In this document: in pieces, positions 1-13,241 of the stretch
Layout: each line of letters begins with the position of its first letter
Numbering within the stretch: the stretch's first letter is position 1
Position numbers and translations under genes: made by a program
Notes under the pieces: model-generated
What the model saw: the letters and a program-made list of their open reading frames with translations, nothing else
Databases searched by the model: none
What the model was told of the DNA's origin: nothing
Assembly (NCBI RefSeq): GCF_018350175.1
Contig: NC_058368.1
Span: 26,600,001 to 26,664,000, forward strand
From: Felis catus
Taxonomy: Eukaryota
DNA length: 64,000 nucleotides
Direction: 5' to 3'

Positions 1-182
1 CACACATGAACCTTAGGCAATATTTATCTTTTATGTTAGAACTGCAAACCAAACAACAACTAATTCATGGATTCAGTTATAAGTGTTGTTATATATTTTC
101 TCTCCACGACTAAATCATATATAGGTAAACTTTATTACTAGGCTTAGTAAGAGTATAGGATCATTTAGGCAAACCGATATTC

Positions 183-411
183 TTTTTTTTTTTTAATTTT
201 TTTAATGTTTATTTATTCTTGAGAGGGGGTGGGAGAGAGAGAGAGAGAGAGCAGGGAAGGGGCAGAGGAGAGAGAGACACTGAATCTGAAACAGGCTCCA
301 GGCTCCATGCTGTCAGCACAGAGCCCCATGTAGGGCTTGAACTCACAAACCAGGAAAACACGACCTGAGCCGAAGTTGGACGCTTAACCGACTGAGACAC
401 CCAGGCACCCC
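183..411 (-). mobile_element. Can-SINE (felid SINEC)
   Basis: Reverse-oriented GGGG(T)GCCTGGGT..CTCAGTCGGTTAAGCG head, (CT)n tract and A-tail; imperfect TSD ggcaaacc..tattct. Confidence 0.95.
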
Positions 412-1078
412 TGGGCAAACCAGTATTCTGATAGAGCTGTTACATTTCCATACATGCTTTACCAATTTTTAATGAATTAGAAAACAATAAAACAATATTT
501 AACACTAAAAGTGTGCTGCTCACAGTTTAATTTTATTTCTGATAATTCCAAAGATATCTGACATTTGAAAGGTTATCAGTGCATTATAAATGTTCAGAGA
601 TAAGTTACTAGAGAATGACAGCCAATTTTAATCTGTAGATTATGATATACATGAATTCATATTTGCATACATTAATCTTGTTAAATATAAATATGAGGAC
701 TATGAAAAAATCGGTAATTGGAGTATAGCTGTTCATGGGCAGGGAACTCATTTATTTGTGTGGAATTAGATAGATTTTAAATTAAGATAAAATTTACATA
801 GGTGTACAGTTTGATGAACTCACCCATGTAACCAACAAACTGATCAAGATATACAAGGCGTCCAAAGCACGGATTATGTGGGAAAGTCTCTTGAATGTTT
901 GGCTGTCCTTGACAGTGTGCTCAGCTTCCCAAGAGAGCTGGCCAGCTAATGGATCCTGGTGTCTGCTTCACTCTTCTTATCTCCATTACTTTCTGGCAAC
1001 TTCCATTGGCGTTCATGGCACCTTCTCTCTGCTGAACCTTATGGCACACAGTTGTCATCAGATTGGAGGTGACTTCTT

Positions 1079-1196
1079 TCATTTTCCCAGACAAGGGCTG
1101 TTTCCATTTTTTCCTTGAACACACATGGTGATCAGATTTCCCCACTCCTTCGAGGAGCTCTCCAAACCTTTGTTCGTGAATCTTTCCAGCATAGTC
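1079..1196 (-). CDS. Candidate terminal coding exon of putative minus-strand micro-exon gene
   Basis: Acceptor ...ccctactcagtattcag|G at 1197-1198. Phase-2 frame gives TMLERFTNKG...CLGK* (stop 1079-1081); phase-0 frame stays open to 921. AATAAA on minus at 751-756. Confidence 0.2.
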
Positions 1197-1668
1197 CTGA
1201 ATACTGAGTAGGGAGCAAGTCATATCCTTTGCTTTTACAGATGGAAACCTTGAAGCAAAGTGAAGTTAAATGGCTTCCTGACCAATGAGACTGGCACTAA
1301 CTCAGAATTATATGACCCAGCTTGGTGCCATGAGTTTGTTTTATCTCCTTCAGCAGGAAGGAGAGTATGGCGGAGTTCAGAAGGTGGTTATCTCTTTAAG
1401 CCTCTCAATTTTCTCACCTCTGTTTGAGAGGCTGTTCTATAGTTCAGGTGTGAGGAAAGAGCGGCCTGGAGAGAGATGAAGCAGTAGGAAGGGACAGAGA
1501 TATGGTATGAGAAGCCCTGGGTCTTGTTGATGTTCTTAGAGATCAGCAGCAAAGGAGAAAGAACCAAGAGTCAAAGGTGATCAAAAAGTAGTCACAATAG
1601 CAGTTCTTAACACTTCTGGCAGTTGTATATTCAACTTATAGTTATTAAGCTTATAGTTTATTTAGGCA

Positions 1669-1865
1669 TTTTTTTAGTTTATTTATTTTGAAGAAAAGCA
1701 CAGAAGTGGGGGAGGGACAGAGAGAAAAAGAGACAGAATCCCAAGCACACTTTGTGCCATGAGTGCAGAGCCCGATGTGGGGTTTGAACTCAGGAACTGT
1801 GAGATCATGACCTGAGCTGGGATCAAGAGTCAAACGCCTAACGGATTAAGCCACCCAGGCGCCCC
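1669..1865 (-). mobile_element. Can-SINE
   Basis: Typical head/body/A-tail; TSD tag(g/a)cattttt. Confidence 0.93.
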
Positions 1866-2214
1866 TAGACATTTTTAATTAGACTCTTTCAGTATCAGAA
1901 AGATGCCTAAAAGATTTATAAAGAAGTCACTGAGTTTTCTTTTTTTCTTTTCTTTTTTTTAAAAGAAGTCATTGAATTTTCTAAGAAATCCCCCTTCCCC
2001 ACTACAAACATTCTTCCTTCCAAATGTTGTTCTTTATGTTAACTGATTGGCTTTGTTGAAATAGCCACATCTAGTTCTTAGGGGAAATATATATTTAGAG
2101 GCTTAGGAAATTACGCCTGAGGATTTTCCATGTTTTCAGCAATGGGAAGTGTAGACACCCAGTGTGTTACATTTTGCAAAAGGAACTGTGGCGCTGACTT
2201 TGCCCCTGCCTTAC

Positions 2215-2236
2215 CTCTCCAAATGGAGCCAGGAGA
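2215..2236 (-). CDS. Candidate 22-nt exon of putative gene
   Basis: ttgctccag|TCTCCTGGCTCCATTTGGAGAG|gtaagg; strong donor; fits frame (V)SWLHLE(R). Confidence 0.2.
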
Positions 2237-5160
2237 CTGGAGCAATCGGAAATGGTACCACTCTCCAGCTGTTCTTACTGGCTGGCTCATAGTTCACCTC
2301 ATCTCCTTAGCATAATGACTATGTTGTGGGATTTGACAGTTGCAACATCGAATCTGCCTCAAAGCCTCTTTCTCACTTCCAGGGAGTTCCACCGGACCTC
2401 CCTTAGTTTGGTGTAAGATCTAACCACAACTTTAATTATTAGTCTTCTTGAGAGAACCAGGGAGACTGTCTCTCACACCATTACTCCATCTACTCAGCTA
2501 TGAATGAACAATCCAGCTCTTTGCAGTGAACTCCCCAAATAAGCGTGACACCCCAAAGTGTGAGTAAAATAACTACAGCTCTTAGACATCACGACCTGTG
2601 TATGCCACTCCTATTTTGCTTCTTACAAAATATTTTACACTCATCCCAGCCTGAGTTAAACTTTCTCCGGTACCTTCTTCTGACTCATAAGAACATCTAC
2701 CTAATCCACTGTAGACAATCAAGGACTCTCTTTAGCTTCATCAAAGTTGCTTAGCAGCAGAAATTGGTTTATTAAAAACAACTTTCTGTGAGGAAAGCAC
2801 CCCCGCATTTTCCTGTGGATTCATGTCTTCTTGTTGACCGACTTGCTAACTGAATTACTCAAAAGATTTTCTCTTTATATGTGCTGGGGGTACCTAGGGG
2901 ACAAAATGGCTAGGAAAGACGTGATATTAGAAAGTGAGTGAGACACCTTGAAGCAACTGGGAGAACCATGTTTCTTCTATCCAGAAACCTCTAATTAGGA
3001 AGTCTGAAGACTCAGCATGGCTGTGTGTCCTTTGCCCTACTGTCAGGTTTCATTATGGGCCCCAGCAGAATGTGGGAGAAAGCTCAGAGAGGAAGAAGGG
3101 GTATGTGTCAGGCTGGGGATGGGGCCAATCAACCCAGAAAGGATGTAGACTTGAGTTATTATTACCTAGTGACCTGAGGCACCACGGTTGCCAAACTCAT
3201 TTGGTTGAACTATCCAGGCTAAGAGTTATGCTCACGGGGCCAGGAAAAATAGCAAAGCTACCTATGTAAGGGACGTGAGGTGGGGGAATCATTGGCATAT
3301 ACTGAACGATTATTATATGTTAGCCACTGTTTTAAGGATTTTTCTGTACACAAAAATAAATACTATCCGTTGAATGTTGTCTTTAGAAATGAGAAACTAA
3401 GACTTTGAGAGTTAAATTCACGAATACAGTTACCTAGAAGTAGCAGGGATGGGATCTGAATCCTGGAAGCCAGCACCCCTGTGCACTGTACTTGGGCCCT
3501 GAGTCTCATGGGGGGAACTGGGCTCTGTGTTGTCAGGTCTTCCCATTTTTCAAGGAAGCCAGTTGTTTTGGATTCATTAATAAGAAATATCTGAATATTT
3601 AAATTTAACTTGTTGGCAGTATCTTTTTTTTTTTTTTTTTAATGTTTTTGTTACACTTATTTCAGGTCAGCAACCGAATGCAGGCTGAATGTAATCTAGG
3701 ATCACTTCCTTCTTGCCAGTCATTGGGTCATTGCTCAACCTGTAACTCTGTGTACATATGGGATAAACCTAGATGAAAGAAGTAGAAATGTAAACAGGAA
3801 CCCACACTAGTCCCATTGCAGTAAATGCCTGTCAAGGAAGCTTTGAAATATTGGGTCAACAGCGGGAGTTTGACTGACTAGGCTTTACTAGTTTCACCAG
3901 AAACCCAGAAGTGGATTTCGGATTTGTAATGGAGCAGAGTCTAGACGTATGTGTTTAGGCCAAAGTGCTGTAGTCCTATGGTTCAAAGAGGTCAGTGGGT
4001 TACAAGTGAGCTGAGATACTGACCCTTTCAGCTTTCAGCCGGCTGAGAGTTTCTGTGGTCCTGAAGTCCCTCGTTGGTCACCTGGCCAAAGTAGCACCTC
4101 CTTTCAGTGGACTCCATGCTGCAGACATTACAATTTTTAAAAATGTGTACCATGAAGTTAAAACAATTGGGAGGCACTACTGTGGTCTGCTTCTTATGTA
4201 ATATGAATTGCCCTGATTTACCATCAAGGTTTTTTCTTCTTGATGAATGGGATCTACATTTTTACATGAATCCTTTAATGGAAATTTTGTCTTCTTCTGT
4301 TCACCTGGATAGTAGGATATTCTCCTCCTGGTTCTCTCTCTCCCCCCATTCGTGGATGTTTTTTTTAAAAACAAATAATTTCATTCATTCATTCATTCAT
4401 TCATCCATTCCAGTTTTCTTCCTGGCTTCCAATCTCACATAGCAATGTGGTATTATTTGGTATCAATTCACTCAATAATTTGAGTTTGGAAATGGGACAG
4501 GGTATGTGGTCTACTGAGGAAATCAACTTGTTTTGGTCTACCTGAGACATTTTTAGAACTGAAAGTCCCATGCACTCCCTCCTCAGTCTTGGGTTAACCA
4601 GGATAATTAGTCACCCTATGCCTAGCAAACATGTAAAGTTGTTGTCACAGACAAAATAAAAGACCCTTCTTCATATGGACAGGTAAGTATGAAGAAAACC
4701 AGGGGAGAGTTTCACACAAAATAACCTCAATTTTTAGTAAAAATATTGATGTAAGTTCATCTGCTGGAGAAGAAGGTAAACAGATGGTAGAGAAACTGTC
4801 ACTCAGTGAGCCCTCCCCCATATCCTAAATAACAAACCTAAGTCATAGTTACCCACTCAAAATTGGGGGAAATGTGGCTATTATGAAGGGAGGGAGGACC
4901 TGAATGTGAGCCGTGGCCTCAAAGACCCAGTGAAGGTCAGGCATCACCAGGCTGTAAGAGAAGCCAGGAACAGGGCGAATGAAACTCCATGAGTTTCATG
5001 CATGCGTATGACTGCATGACTGCCATTAAGTGTGGAAGTGTCTGTGCCCTGGGCCTTTATCTGCAGAGTGAAGGGGTAGACCAAGCATGCCCCTCAAAGT
5101 TTCACATGCATTCTAGAATCCTAGCACTTTTTCAGGGATGGTAAGGGGAGAGAAACAGCT

Positions 5161-5183
5161 ACACACACACACACACACACACA
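5161..5183. repeat. (CA)n microsatellite
   Basis: Direct reading. Confidence 0.95.
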
Positions 5184-5454
5184 CGTTAGAAGTCTTTTGT
5201 ATGTGAGGCCAAGGGAAGAGGCCAAGGGTCTCTGGAAAAACAAAAAACAAAAAACAAAAAAAGAGAAGAAATATGCCTAGAATGGACCAAGCCCCGACAC
5301 ACTGAAAACCAGGCAGCACCCTGGAACTTTTTGATGAAGGAAGTCTCATTACCCACATCAGAAACAAACTTCTCATTGTATACCTTTACAATTTAGACAA
5401 TGTCACCACACAGAACGAGAGCTTGCAGACTGAGAAGTATTTGAACAGAACAGT

Positions 5455-5580
5455 ATACCATTTGATCCTCACACAATCCTGGGAGGCAGATGGCAGAGTT
5501 TCTATTCTCCCCATTTTACAGATGAGGAAACTGAGTTTCCAAGTAGTTAAGGTCACAAAGCTGACTTTTGGATTCCGTTC
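5455..5580 (-). mobile_element. MIR remnant
   Basis: MIR core cccattttacagatgaggaaactgag. Confidence 0.8.
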
Positions 5581-5831
5581 TCACAAATCTTTGTAACACC
5601 GATAGAGAATGGGGTAAATGGCATGTTATCACTATGCAGCCATTTCACAAGTGGGAGCCCTGGGCAAGAGCGTTAGGAACCCATGGGACACACGGTGCCC
5701 TCCCCAGGCTAGAGCCCAGGACTGTGGTTGTGAAGGCCACAGTTGGTCTGCTCTGGAGAGGATCACTCTTAGAGTCACCAAAGAGATGTCACTGTAGATT
5801 TGAGGGTACCCTGACCAGTCCACATGCTTAC

Positions 5832-5843
5832 CCTCTCTATATG
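5832..5843 (-). CDS. Candidate 12-nt micro-exon
   Basis: ccccag|CATATAGAGAGG|gtaagc; strong donor, weak pyrimidine tract; phase 1-1 (A)YRE. Confidence 0.2.
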
Positions 5844-6360
5844 CTGGGGCTGTGTCCCTGTGGTCACACCCCTAATCAGGTCACTGCTGGAGTCCCTCTT
5901 CCTAAATGTCTGAGTGCCACAGCTGTGGTGCTCCGGAAGGCTGTGGGATTGAAATGATCTGAGCCTGTGAGGCGTCCTGCTTTTTTGTTGTGTGCTAATA
6001 GCCCAATGCTATTATACCACTTATGCTGCAGTTTAGATTTTTTTTGTCCATTATAGATTATTATTCTGAAAATAGACTGGTAATATATTCTTGTACATCT
6101 GAATTTAATTAAGAACCTTCTTCTTAGTGACACAGATGTGGTTTTACTGCTTCTGGCCAGACCAGACATGGGTGTCTGAAGACAGATTTCTGAAATGTGG
6201 GCTAATTTCTCTGATCTTTTTAACCTAGGGCCCCTGCTCTGAGATGGTGACTTATGACTCTGGCATGCTGTCTTCAACCACTCTCTGGTCACTAGGGAGT
6301 ATGTGAAACATCACCAGAAACACTGTTCCCAGGAGTCAAGGCTGTCCCTTCCAACCTCAC

Positions 6361-6404
6361 CAGGATCCTCATGGGATTCGGAAGATAACTTAATATTCAG
6401 TGTT
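6361..6404 (-). CDS. Candidate 44-nt exon
   Basis: gtccccag|...GATCCTG|gtgagg; continues frame (R)TLNIKLSSESHEDP. Confidence 0.3.
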
Positions 6405-7832
6405 CTGGGGACTGTCAGAATCACCCTGGCCTCACCTAATAATTTCATTACTTGAGAGGGTCAGAGATAGGATATAATCTTCTGTACTGTCTCCATTTCT
6501 GATGCGTTTGGCCCATTGAGACTCCAAGGGCATTATGGACTCCACTTGGTTTCCCAAAGGACTAACACCCGAAACTCATGTACTGTTTTATTCGGTAGCT
6601 TCTCTGTTTAGCCATACCTCACCCATGGAGCTGATACTGCCTAAACGATGAGAGAAGGTGCAGGAGAACTGACAATTCCTACCGAGTGCACATCCCACCC
6701 CCTGTGCCCCTCTCCATGTGTGAAGGCCACACTGCCTGCCCCTGGGGAAGTAAAAGACTAAACCCTTTAATCACCTTGCAGGTGCTCGCCCCAGCTGCTG
6801 GCTCAAGTCCCAGGGAGCACTGCCTCTTTGGTACATGTCATAGTTGGGAGATTATGCCTCTCTTCGTGTTCTGGGGTTCACACCACTTAGAGCAGAGCTG
6901 GAGGGGCAGAGATGATGGGATGGCAGCACCCACCCATTCATGTCCACCTCCATCCAGTCTTCCGTCACAGTTATTGAGGGCCCAGCATGTGCCATGTGCT
7001 AAGCTGGATACTGGGCGTTCAGTGGTGAACAGAGAAGTTGTGGTCTCAAGGAGGGGCGTCTGTTTCAACAGAACGGCCCAAACAACTTCATCTGCTTTTG
7101 CTTCAGGTGTGTTAGTTACTGCCAAGAGTTTGTAGGTGTTTAGGAGCCTCGTTAAGCTTGGAAAGCTCTGGAAAGCTCTGGCTCTTCTCCGCTCCCTATG
7201 GAGCCTGGCCCTTGGTTGGCCTTGAATGCGAAGCTGGGTCTTCAAAGTGCTACTGTCAGCACTCTCCAGATGAGTACTCTGCACGGGGAGGGGCCAGGGT
7301 GTGGGGCCCTCTGAAGGCTGTGTCATCCCCGGCTCCAGCCACAGAGGTTACATCACGAAGGGAAGCTGAGCTGTCAGCATGTTGCTAGGCTGTGGTTATT
7401 TATTTTTATAAATGAGACTTGTGCTTAATTTAGAAATCTGCTTTTGCTTTTTCTTTCTTTTTTCCGGCATCATCTGGCTGTCTGGCACCACCAGAGAACT
7501 GCATTTTTGACCCAACAAGAGCTCGTGGGTGGATGGGGGCAGGAAGGAGGTTGGGGAAAGGACTGATGCCAGCCTGGCTGCCTCATGGGGAGCTAGACAC
7601 ACATGGCCATGCCATTAGCCTCCTGTTCGGCTTCTAGACGGGTTTCATCTGGGAGACCTACATAGTCCTTGCTTGGAACAACACAGTGTAAAGCTGCCCT
7701 GGTGCTAACTTGTCTTCTGAATAACCACACACCGAAATACAGCAGAACAGAAGACGGGGCCACAAAGAAAGAGGACCACAGTCAGGTGCCAGAAGCAGGT
7801 GACATCTAGATTTTCAGTCCTTTGGATGCAGC

Positions 7833-8058
7833 TTTTTTTTTTTTTTAATTTTTAAGTTTATTTATTTTGAGAGAGAGAGACAGAGAGAGCAAGCGGGGGA
7901 GGGGCAGAGAAAGAGGGGGAGAGAGAGAGAATCCCAAGCAGGCTCCACACCGACAGTGCACAGCCCGACGCAGGGCTCGAACTAACAAACTGTGAGATCA
8001 TGACCTGAGCTGAAACCAAGAGTTGGACGCTTAGCCAACTAAGCCACCCAGGTGCCCC
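7833..8058 (-). mobile_element. Can-SINE
   Basis: Typical structure; TSD atgcagct. Confidence 0.93.
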
Positions 8059-8230
8059 TGAATGCAGCTATTTTAATAGAGCTGCTTTATTACAGCTATT
8101 TTGACATGAAGATATTTAGATTTGGCCTAAATTTTCAGCCAATAAATGTTCTGATTTTCAGAAACAAATGGTGAGTAACATGGACACTTTATACTCCATC
8201 TGTGAACTTCCCTCCAGCCCAAATCTTTAC

Positions 8231-8247
8231 CTTATTGCCATTCCCAC
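8231..8247 (-). CDS. Candidate 17-nt micro-exon
   Basis: cctaat..cttaattcccccag|GTGGGAATGGCAATAAG|gtaaag; VGMAI(R/S). Confidence 0.4.
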
Positions 8248-8530
8248 CTGGGGGAATTAAGGTATATGGATTAGGAACAGTTAAGGGGAAAGGATGGTAG
8301 AGATTCACAATGGGAGAAATACTGAGGATCAGGTGATGACCAAGAATGAAGTAAATGTCAGGAATGGGGTACCTGTCAGAGCTGGGGGTAGGTCAGGAGG
8401 AGAGGATGGTCAAGAGGCCTCTAAAGTTAATAAAAGCGTCACACTGAGATGGAGCAGAAGTCACAGATGGTATGAGGACTGGGAAATGGGTTATAAACAT
8501 AAAATACAGTGAATCTGCATTTTGGCTCAC

Positions 8531-8541
8531 CTGTTTTAAGG
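8531..8541 (-). CDS. Candidate 11-nt micro-exon
   Basis: tattctcatacag|CCTTAAAACAG|gtgagc; (A)LKQ. Confidence 0.4.
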
Positions 8542-9104
8542 CTGTATGAGAATACAGTCCACGTAGGATTCAGAATCACTCATTTTTGCTCTTCCACGGG
8601 CAGTGTCTGACTCACACATGTCTGCACATTTCACTCGAGGGCTTGATGGAGCCTCAGTTTCCCCACATAAAATGCAGACGATTATGTCTACCCTTCATCC
8701 TTCCCCACCTTTTGCTCTCCCTGCAGGGGACATGCTGAGGATGAGCCAGCAGCTTGTAAACCACTTCCAGCCACTTGGAGAAAGGTGCCCACATAAACAG
8801 TGGGTATTAGTCTACATGAGTGGCTCTGTGAGTCAAGGATGTTGGAGTTGGGCAAGTGTAGTCGTCTCTGCCTGGTGATTCACCCGAACACCGTGATGCC
8901 TCTAAGCAGGAATGTATAGTGTTTGGGATGAATTTGTTCTTGCCACCGCAGAGAACTTCATCTTTACCCAAATGCTAATACCTGAGGAGTTTGCACATAG
9001 GCAGGAGGGGATGAGCTGTGACAAGAAGTGAAAGGAAGCTGCCCTTTCTGCCCGCCATCTACAGTTTTAGTACAAAGAACTACAGCAGCAGGTCTGTGCC
9101 CAAC

Positions 9105-9195
9105 CATCCATTCCCCTTTGCCAGCCAAGAAATTCTTCCAGATTCTCCTGCCATTTGTCAAACTTGCCAAAGTCCACCAGAGGCAGTTCCAGTAA
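9105..9195 (-). CDS. Candidate 91-nt exon
   Basis: Strong acceptor cttccttccctccaccttcag|TTA; LLELPLVDFGKFDKWQENLEEFLGWQRGMD; donor G|gttggg is weaker. Confidence 0.45.
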
Positions 9196-9817
9196 CTGAA
9201 GGTGGAGGGAAGGAAGTACTCTCTGCCAGGCTTCACTACCTTCTGTGTTGACCTTCTGCATCGCAAGGTGAGGCCTCACTGATTAGGTCCTGGAGGGTCG
9301 TTCAGAAATGGTGCAAGGAGGCAGCAGGGGCTAGGGCCTCAGCTTCTGGACACCCGACCTGAGGTCACCATGGCTGGACAGGGACCCTCTGCTGAGCCCT
9401 CAGAATGGAGGTGCAAGGATGCACTGCAGCCTTCCTGCCCCAGCCTTACTACCAAGTGCATGCCGTCACCAACACTATCCTAGGAGCCAATGCGCCACCA
9501 CTACAGTTAACCTTTGTTCCTGCCACCAACTCATCTTTCTTTGTTATATCTCACCATGTCCCTGACTTCAGATTTCTTATGGATTCCTTTCTCAGGCATC
9601 ATGTTTTGATTCCCTCCTCACATTTACTTCCAATTGCCAAGAACAACTCTGTTCCGGCAGGAAGATATTATTTGGCTTAAAGGAGAGCGAGCAGTGGCTT
9701 CTCTCCACTAGCATTCTTCGAATTTACGTGGGAATGTATTCTGGGAACTGCTCAGCGTCTCCCTCAAGTCTCTCCCTCACCGTCAACATGTTTCCATCAC
9801 AGAGTTGCTTTGCTTAC

Positions 9818-9860
9818 ATTGTTTTTAACTGGGTAACGATAAGAGCTTTTCTTTCGAAGC
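9818..9860 (-). CDS. Candidate 43-nt exon
   Basis: ccctacacccag|G...AACAAT|gtaagc; (K)LRKKSSYRYPVKNN, phase 2 to 0. Confidence 0.4.
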
Positions 9861-10981
9861 CTGGGTGTAGGGCTCGGCGCACCTCCCCACACTATTACTC
9901 CCCAAGGACCTTGGCTGAGCCCACACTGAATACTACAATTAGTACTGTTACCATTGTTACAGACCCGAGCACTGTCCCCACTGTTTGCTTGTGTGATAAA
10001 CCTTCAGTCCTCTTCCAGCATGGTTAGTTTTTCCACCCCTCGGGCATCGAGTTCACCCTTAGGGCAGCCCATCCTGAGGGACTGGCAAGCATTCCCCGAC
10101 TTAGCTGGACAGATTGGGCCCAACTGACATGTGCTTCTCTGTTGACATCACAGGGGCTTTAATAACACATGCTAAGCACGGTGGCTGGTGTTGTCACTGG
10201 TCCCGAGCCATGTTTGGGGGAAGTTACATCGCTCCAACCACCACTTTGTATAGTGATTCAGGAATTTGCTGTTTGACACAGAGGTAAAAGAAGAGATAGG
10301 AGGGGCTGGGCACCACCCAGGCAGCAAGCAGACCTGCTCATCCCATCCCCAGAGGATGTTCTGAGAAGTCCCCTGAATATGTCCTGGCCTTGGACTTGGT
10401 CTGCCTGGACCTATGGCAAACAATGGCCTAGTGTGCTCTAGACCAAAGGACATCCAGCCCTCCCAGAGCAGAATACCGCACTCAGGGATGAGGGAAAGAT
10501 CCCTTTGAGAGATCAGTTAGTTAGACCGCTGCCTCAGGGCCCAAAACCACTGTAACAGGCCAAGGCTGAGCAATGAGCATCCCTTCCAGTTCAAGGTGCT
10601 TCCAGATACATGAGTGGGCTTCTTTGAGTCTGCCTACAACTCTTGGAGGTGAATGGGGCAGGTGTTGTTACTCCGGTTTTGCCAATGGGGAAACTAAGTT
10701 CTGTTGGTTGGCCCTAAGACAGTGGCCCAGCTCCTTCCTCCCAGGGGCACCTCAAATGTGGGGGCTGTCAACACAGCCAGGTTCCTGCTGAGAGTGGCAA
10801 GGGTGCATTTCCTGGTTGGGTGTTGCTCCTTTTCAGCCACTGGACATGAAGACTGTGCTATGGTAGTCATAAATTATAGAGTTTTTCAGGCTGGAAGAAT
10901 CTCTTCTCCTACATATCCAGGAGGGCCCCTGCATCAGGATTGCAGGGGTAAGAAATATAGAGAACTGACCTCACTGTCCTT

Positions 10982-11007
10982 ATTTTTTTTTAAGTTTATC
11001 CATTTAT

Positions 11008-11063
<56 letters not shown>

Positions 11064-11209
11064 GCAGAGAGAGAGTGCAAGATCCCAAGCAGGCTCTGCA
11101 CTGTCAGTGCAGAGCTCAGTGTGGGGCTGGATTCCACCAATTGCAGGATCATGGCCTTAGCAGAAACCAGGAGTCAGACACTCAACTAACTGAGCCACCC
11201 AGGCTCCCC
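10982..11209 (-). mobile_element. Can-SINE with expanded (GA)n
   Basis: Typical structure. Confidence 0.92.
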
Positions 11210-11366
11210 ACCCCTCAATGCCTTTAATAATGATGCCAAGTTGAAGTAAGCCTGGAGTTTCCCTATTCTATCTTGTTTTGCTGGCCACATGGACTTCTGG
11301 GCAGGTGCAGGGCCAGCTACTCCTTACTAGCTTTCAGGCCTGGTGAGTAGCACCATAAATGCTCAC

Positions 11367-11433
11367 TTTTCGTTGAGCATGTCTGGATCAACTTGCTCTG
11401 TAAATTCCTCTTTACGCAGCAGCAGGAGAATCT
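11367..11433 (-). CDS. Candidate 67-nt exon
   Basis: ctctgccttcctgtgctccag|AG...GAAAA|gtgagc; (E)ILLLLRKEEFTEQVDPDMLNE(K). Confidence 0.5.
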
Positions 11434-11958
11434 CTGGAGCACAGGAAGGCAGAGCCAGAACTCCCTGGAATGGGAGCAGGTTCCTGGATGCCACTTCCCC
11501 ATCAGTTCTCCTGGGTCTCAGCAGACAGCACATTGGACTTGCAATCAAGCAGACACGTGAAAGCAAACGTGCGCTTCTAACATTTCGTAACCTGCCTCCC
11601 ACAAAACAGAAGGCGCTCTTCCCCTCGCATTATTCTCTGCCTTGTTCTTGACATTTTTAATGTGCTGAGTCTACAGCCGACTTTGCATTCCCGACACCTC
11701 CCACTTGAACTGGCTCCTGGTCCCTCTGGGCCTGAGGATCCTAGTCACGTGCTCCACCCCACAGAACACTCTTGGCTCTCGTTCTGCCAGGCTACACTCC
11801 TCACCTTGACATTTAGGGCCTGCTGTTTCTTTTCCTCTTCTGCTCCAATAAATCAGGGTCAGTCAAGATTCACTATTCCCGGGCAGGGTTTGGAGAAACC
11901 ACTGCTGGGAGAAAGGGGTTTTCTGTGTGTGTTGGGTGAAAGCAAGCATTGCCTTTCT

Positions 11959-11980
11959 TTATTTAAAAAAAATTTTAAGT

Positions 11981-12019
<39 letters not shown>

Positions 12020-12049
12020 TTTTGAGAGAGACAGCGCAAGTAGGGGAGG

Positions 12050-12096
<47 letters not shown>

Positions 12097-12221
12097 CCAA
12101 GCAGGTTCTGCACTGTCAGTGCATAGCCGGCTCCGGGGCTGGAACTCACCAAATTGCAAGATCATGACCTGAGCAGAAACCAAGAGTCAGACACTTAACT
12201 GACTGAGCCACCCAGGCGCCC
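11959..12221 (-). mobile_element. Can-SINE
   Basis: TSD agcaagca(t/c)tgcctttct; (TTTA)n tail and (GA)n. Confidence 0.95.
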
Positions 12222-13005
12222 AGCAAGCACTGCCTTTCTGCTCCTGTTGCCTGGCTTTGCAACAATGTGAAGCCCTAAGGAGAAAGCCTAGGCTCCATTT
12301 CCAGACCCTTGTCTGCACAGAGCTGAGTGTATCTTTGAAGTTCTTCAGCTTAAACCGGACAATGCCATACTATCCCTTTCCTGGGTCCTTCTTGGTTTAT
12401 GGCCCAGGCTGAGCAGCTGGTGCAGCTCCTTCACCTCAGGGTGTCGGGCAGGGAATAGAGTCATCCTGAGGGACACAGAAGCTGGACCAGTTTTGTCTCT
12501 TCCCTCCCCTCATTTCACATTCTGCAGTTTCAGTGTAATCCAGTTTAGGAATGAAAGTAAATCAAGTGTCAGATGCTAAGCAAAACCTAAGGGTACCTAT
12601 GAATGGGATAATAGTATCATCTGGAAGAGAGAAAGGGGAAGGGAAAGGAAAGACAGCAAATAGGAGAGGGAAAGAAGGGAAAGGGAGAAAAAGAGTACAA
12701 AGTGATAGTAATGTGGCAAAGTGGCTGAGTGCCACCTGCAATGCTTTGAGTGGCACAAATGCCATCTGTTACCCACCCCTGATTCAAAGTGGCATCCGGA
12801 GCTGGTGAGCACATATACTCGCTCCAGAGAGGACACATAGCTCAGATTTTAGAACCATGTTGCCTCCCAGTGTCACCGAGTTGGAATAAGCAAAACCCTC
12901 CTTACCTGACCATGCATGATCTTGATCAAAGGATTCTAAAATGCTTTGTAAAAAGCATAAATCACTTGTGTAAATATAAGCTGGTAATTTTTTTCTCCTA
13001 CTCAC

Positions 13006-13013
13006 CCCCAAAC
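13006..13013 (-). CDS. Candidate 8-nt micro-exon
   Basis: ctaatagtgtgtgttcag|GTTTGGGG|gtgagt; needed to keep frame between the flanking exons, (T)FG(E). Confidence 0.4.
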
Positions 13014-13214
13014 CTGAACACACACTATTAGCACAACCCTTTAAGATGCTGGTTTAGGACAGTTTTAAGGGAAGAGACCATGAAAATTGGATTGAGCATA
13101 TAGCCTGACACACAGTAGGTATTCAATAAGCATCTGACATTGTATTAGTGAACAAATGAATAGAAGAGAAATATAATGAGCAATAAAGATACTTGAATAT
13201 TTAACATTACTTAC

Positions 13215-13241
13215 GTTTCAAAATACTTCATGGCTTTTGTT
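13215..13241 (-). CDS. Candidate 27-nt exon
   Basis: ...gggacccag|AACAAAAGCCATGAAGTATTTTGAAAC|gtaagt; only one frame open, (R)TKAMKYFE(T). Confidence 0.45.

Noticed and set aside
7160..7181. 10-bp tandem duplication ggaaagctct (similar ones near 24958 and 29848)
   Set aside because: Ordinary slippage duplications
4651..11342. Plus-strand splice-like segments (4651-4682 gtaagt, about 6057-6079, 8162-8170 gtgagt, about 11342 gtgagt)
   Set aside because: They do not chain into a convincing open frame. They do show that such sites arise by chance, which tempers confidence in the minus-strand model.
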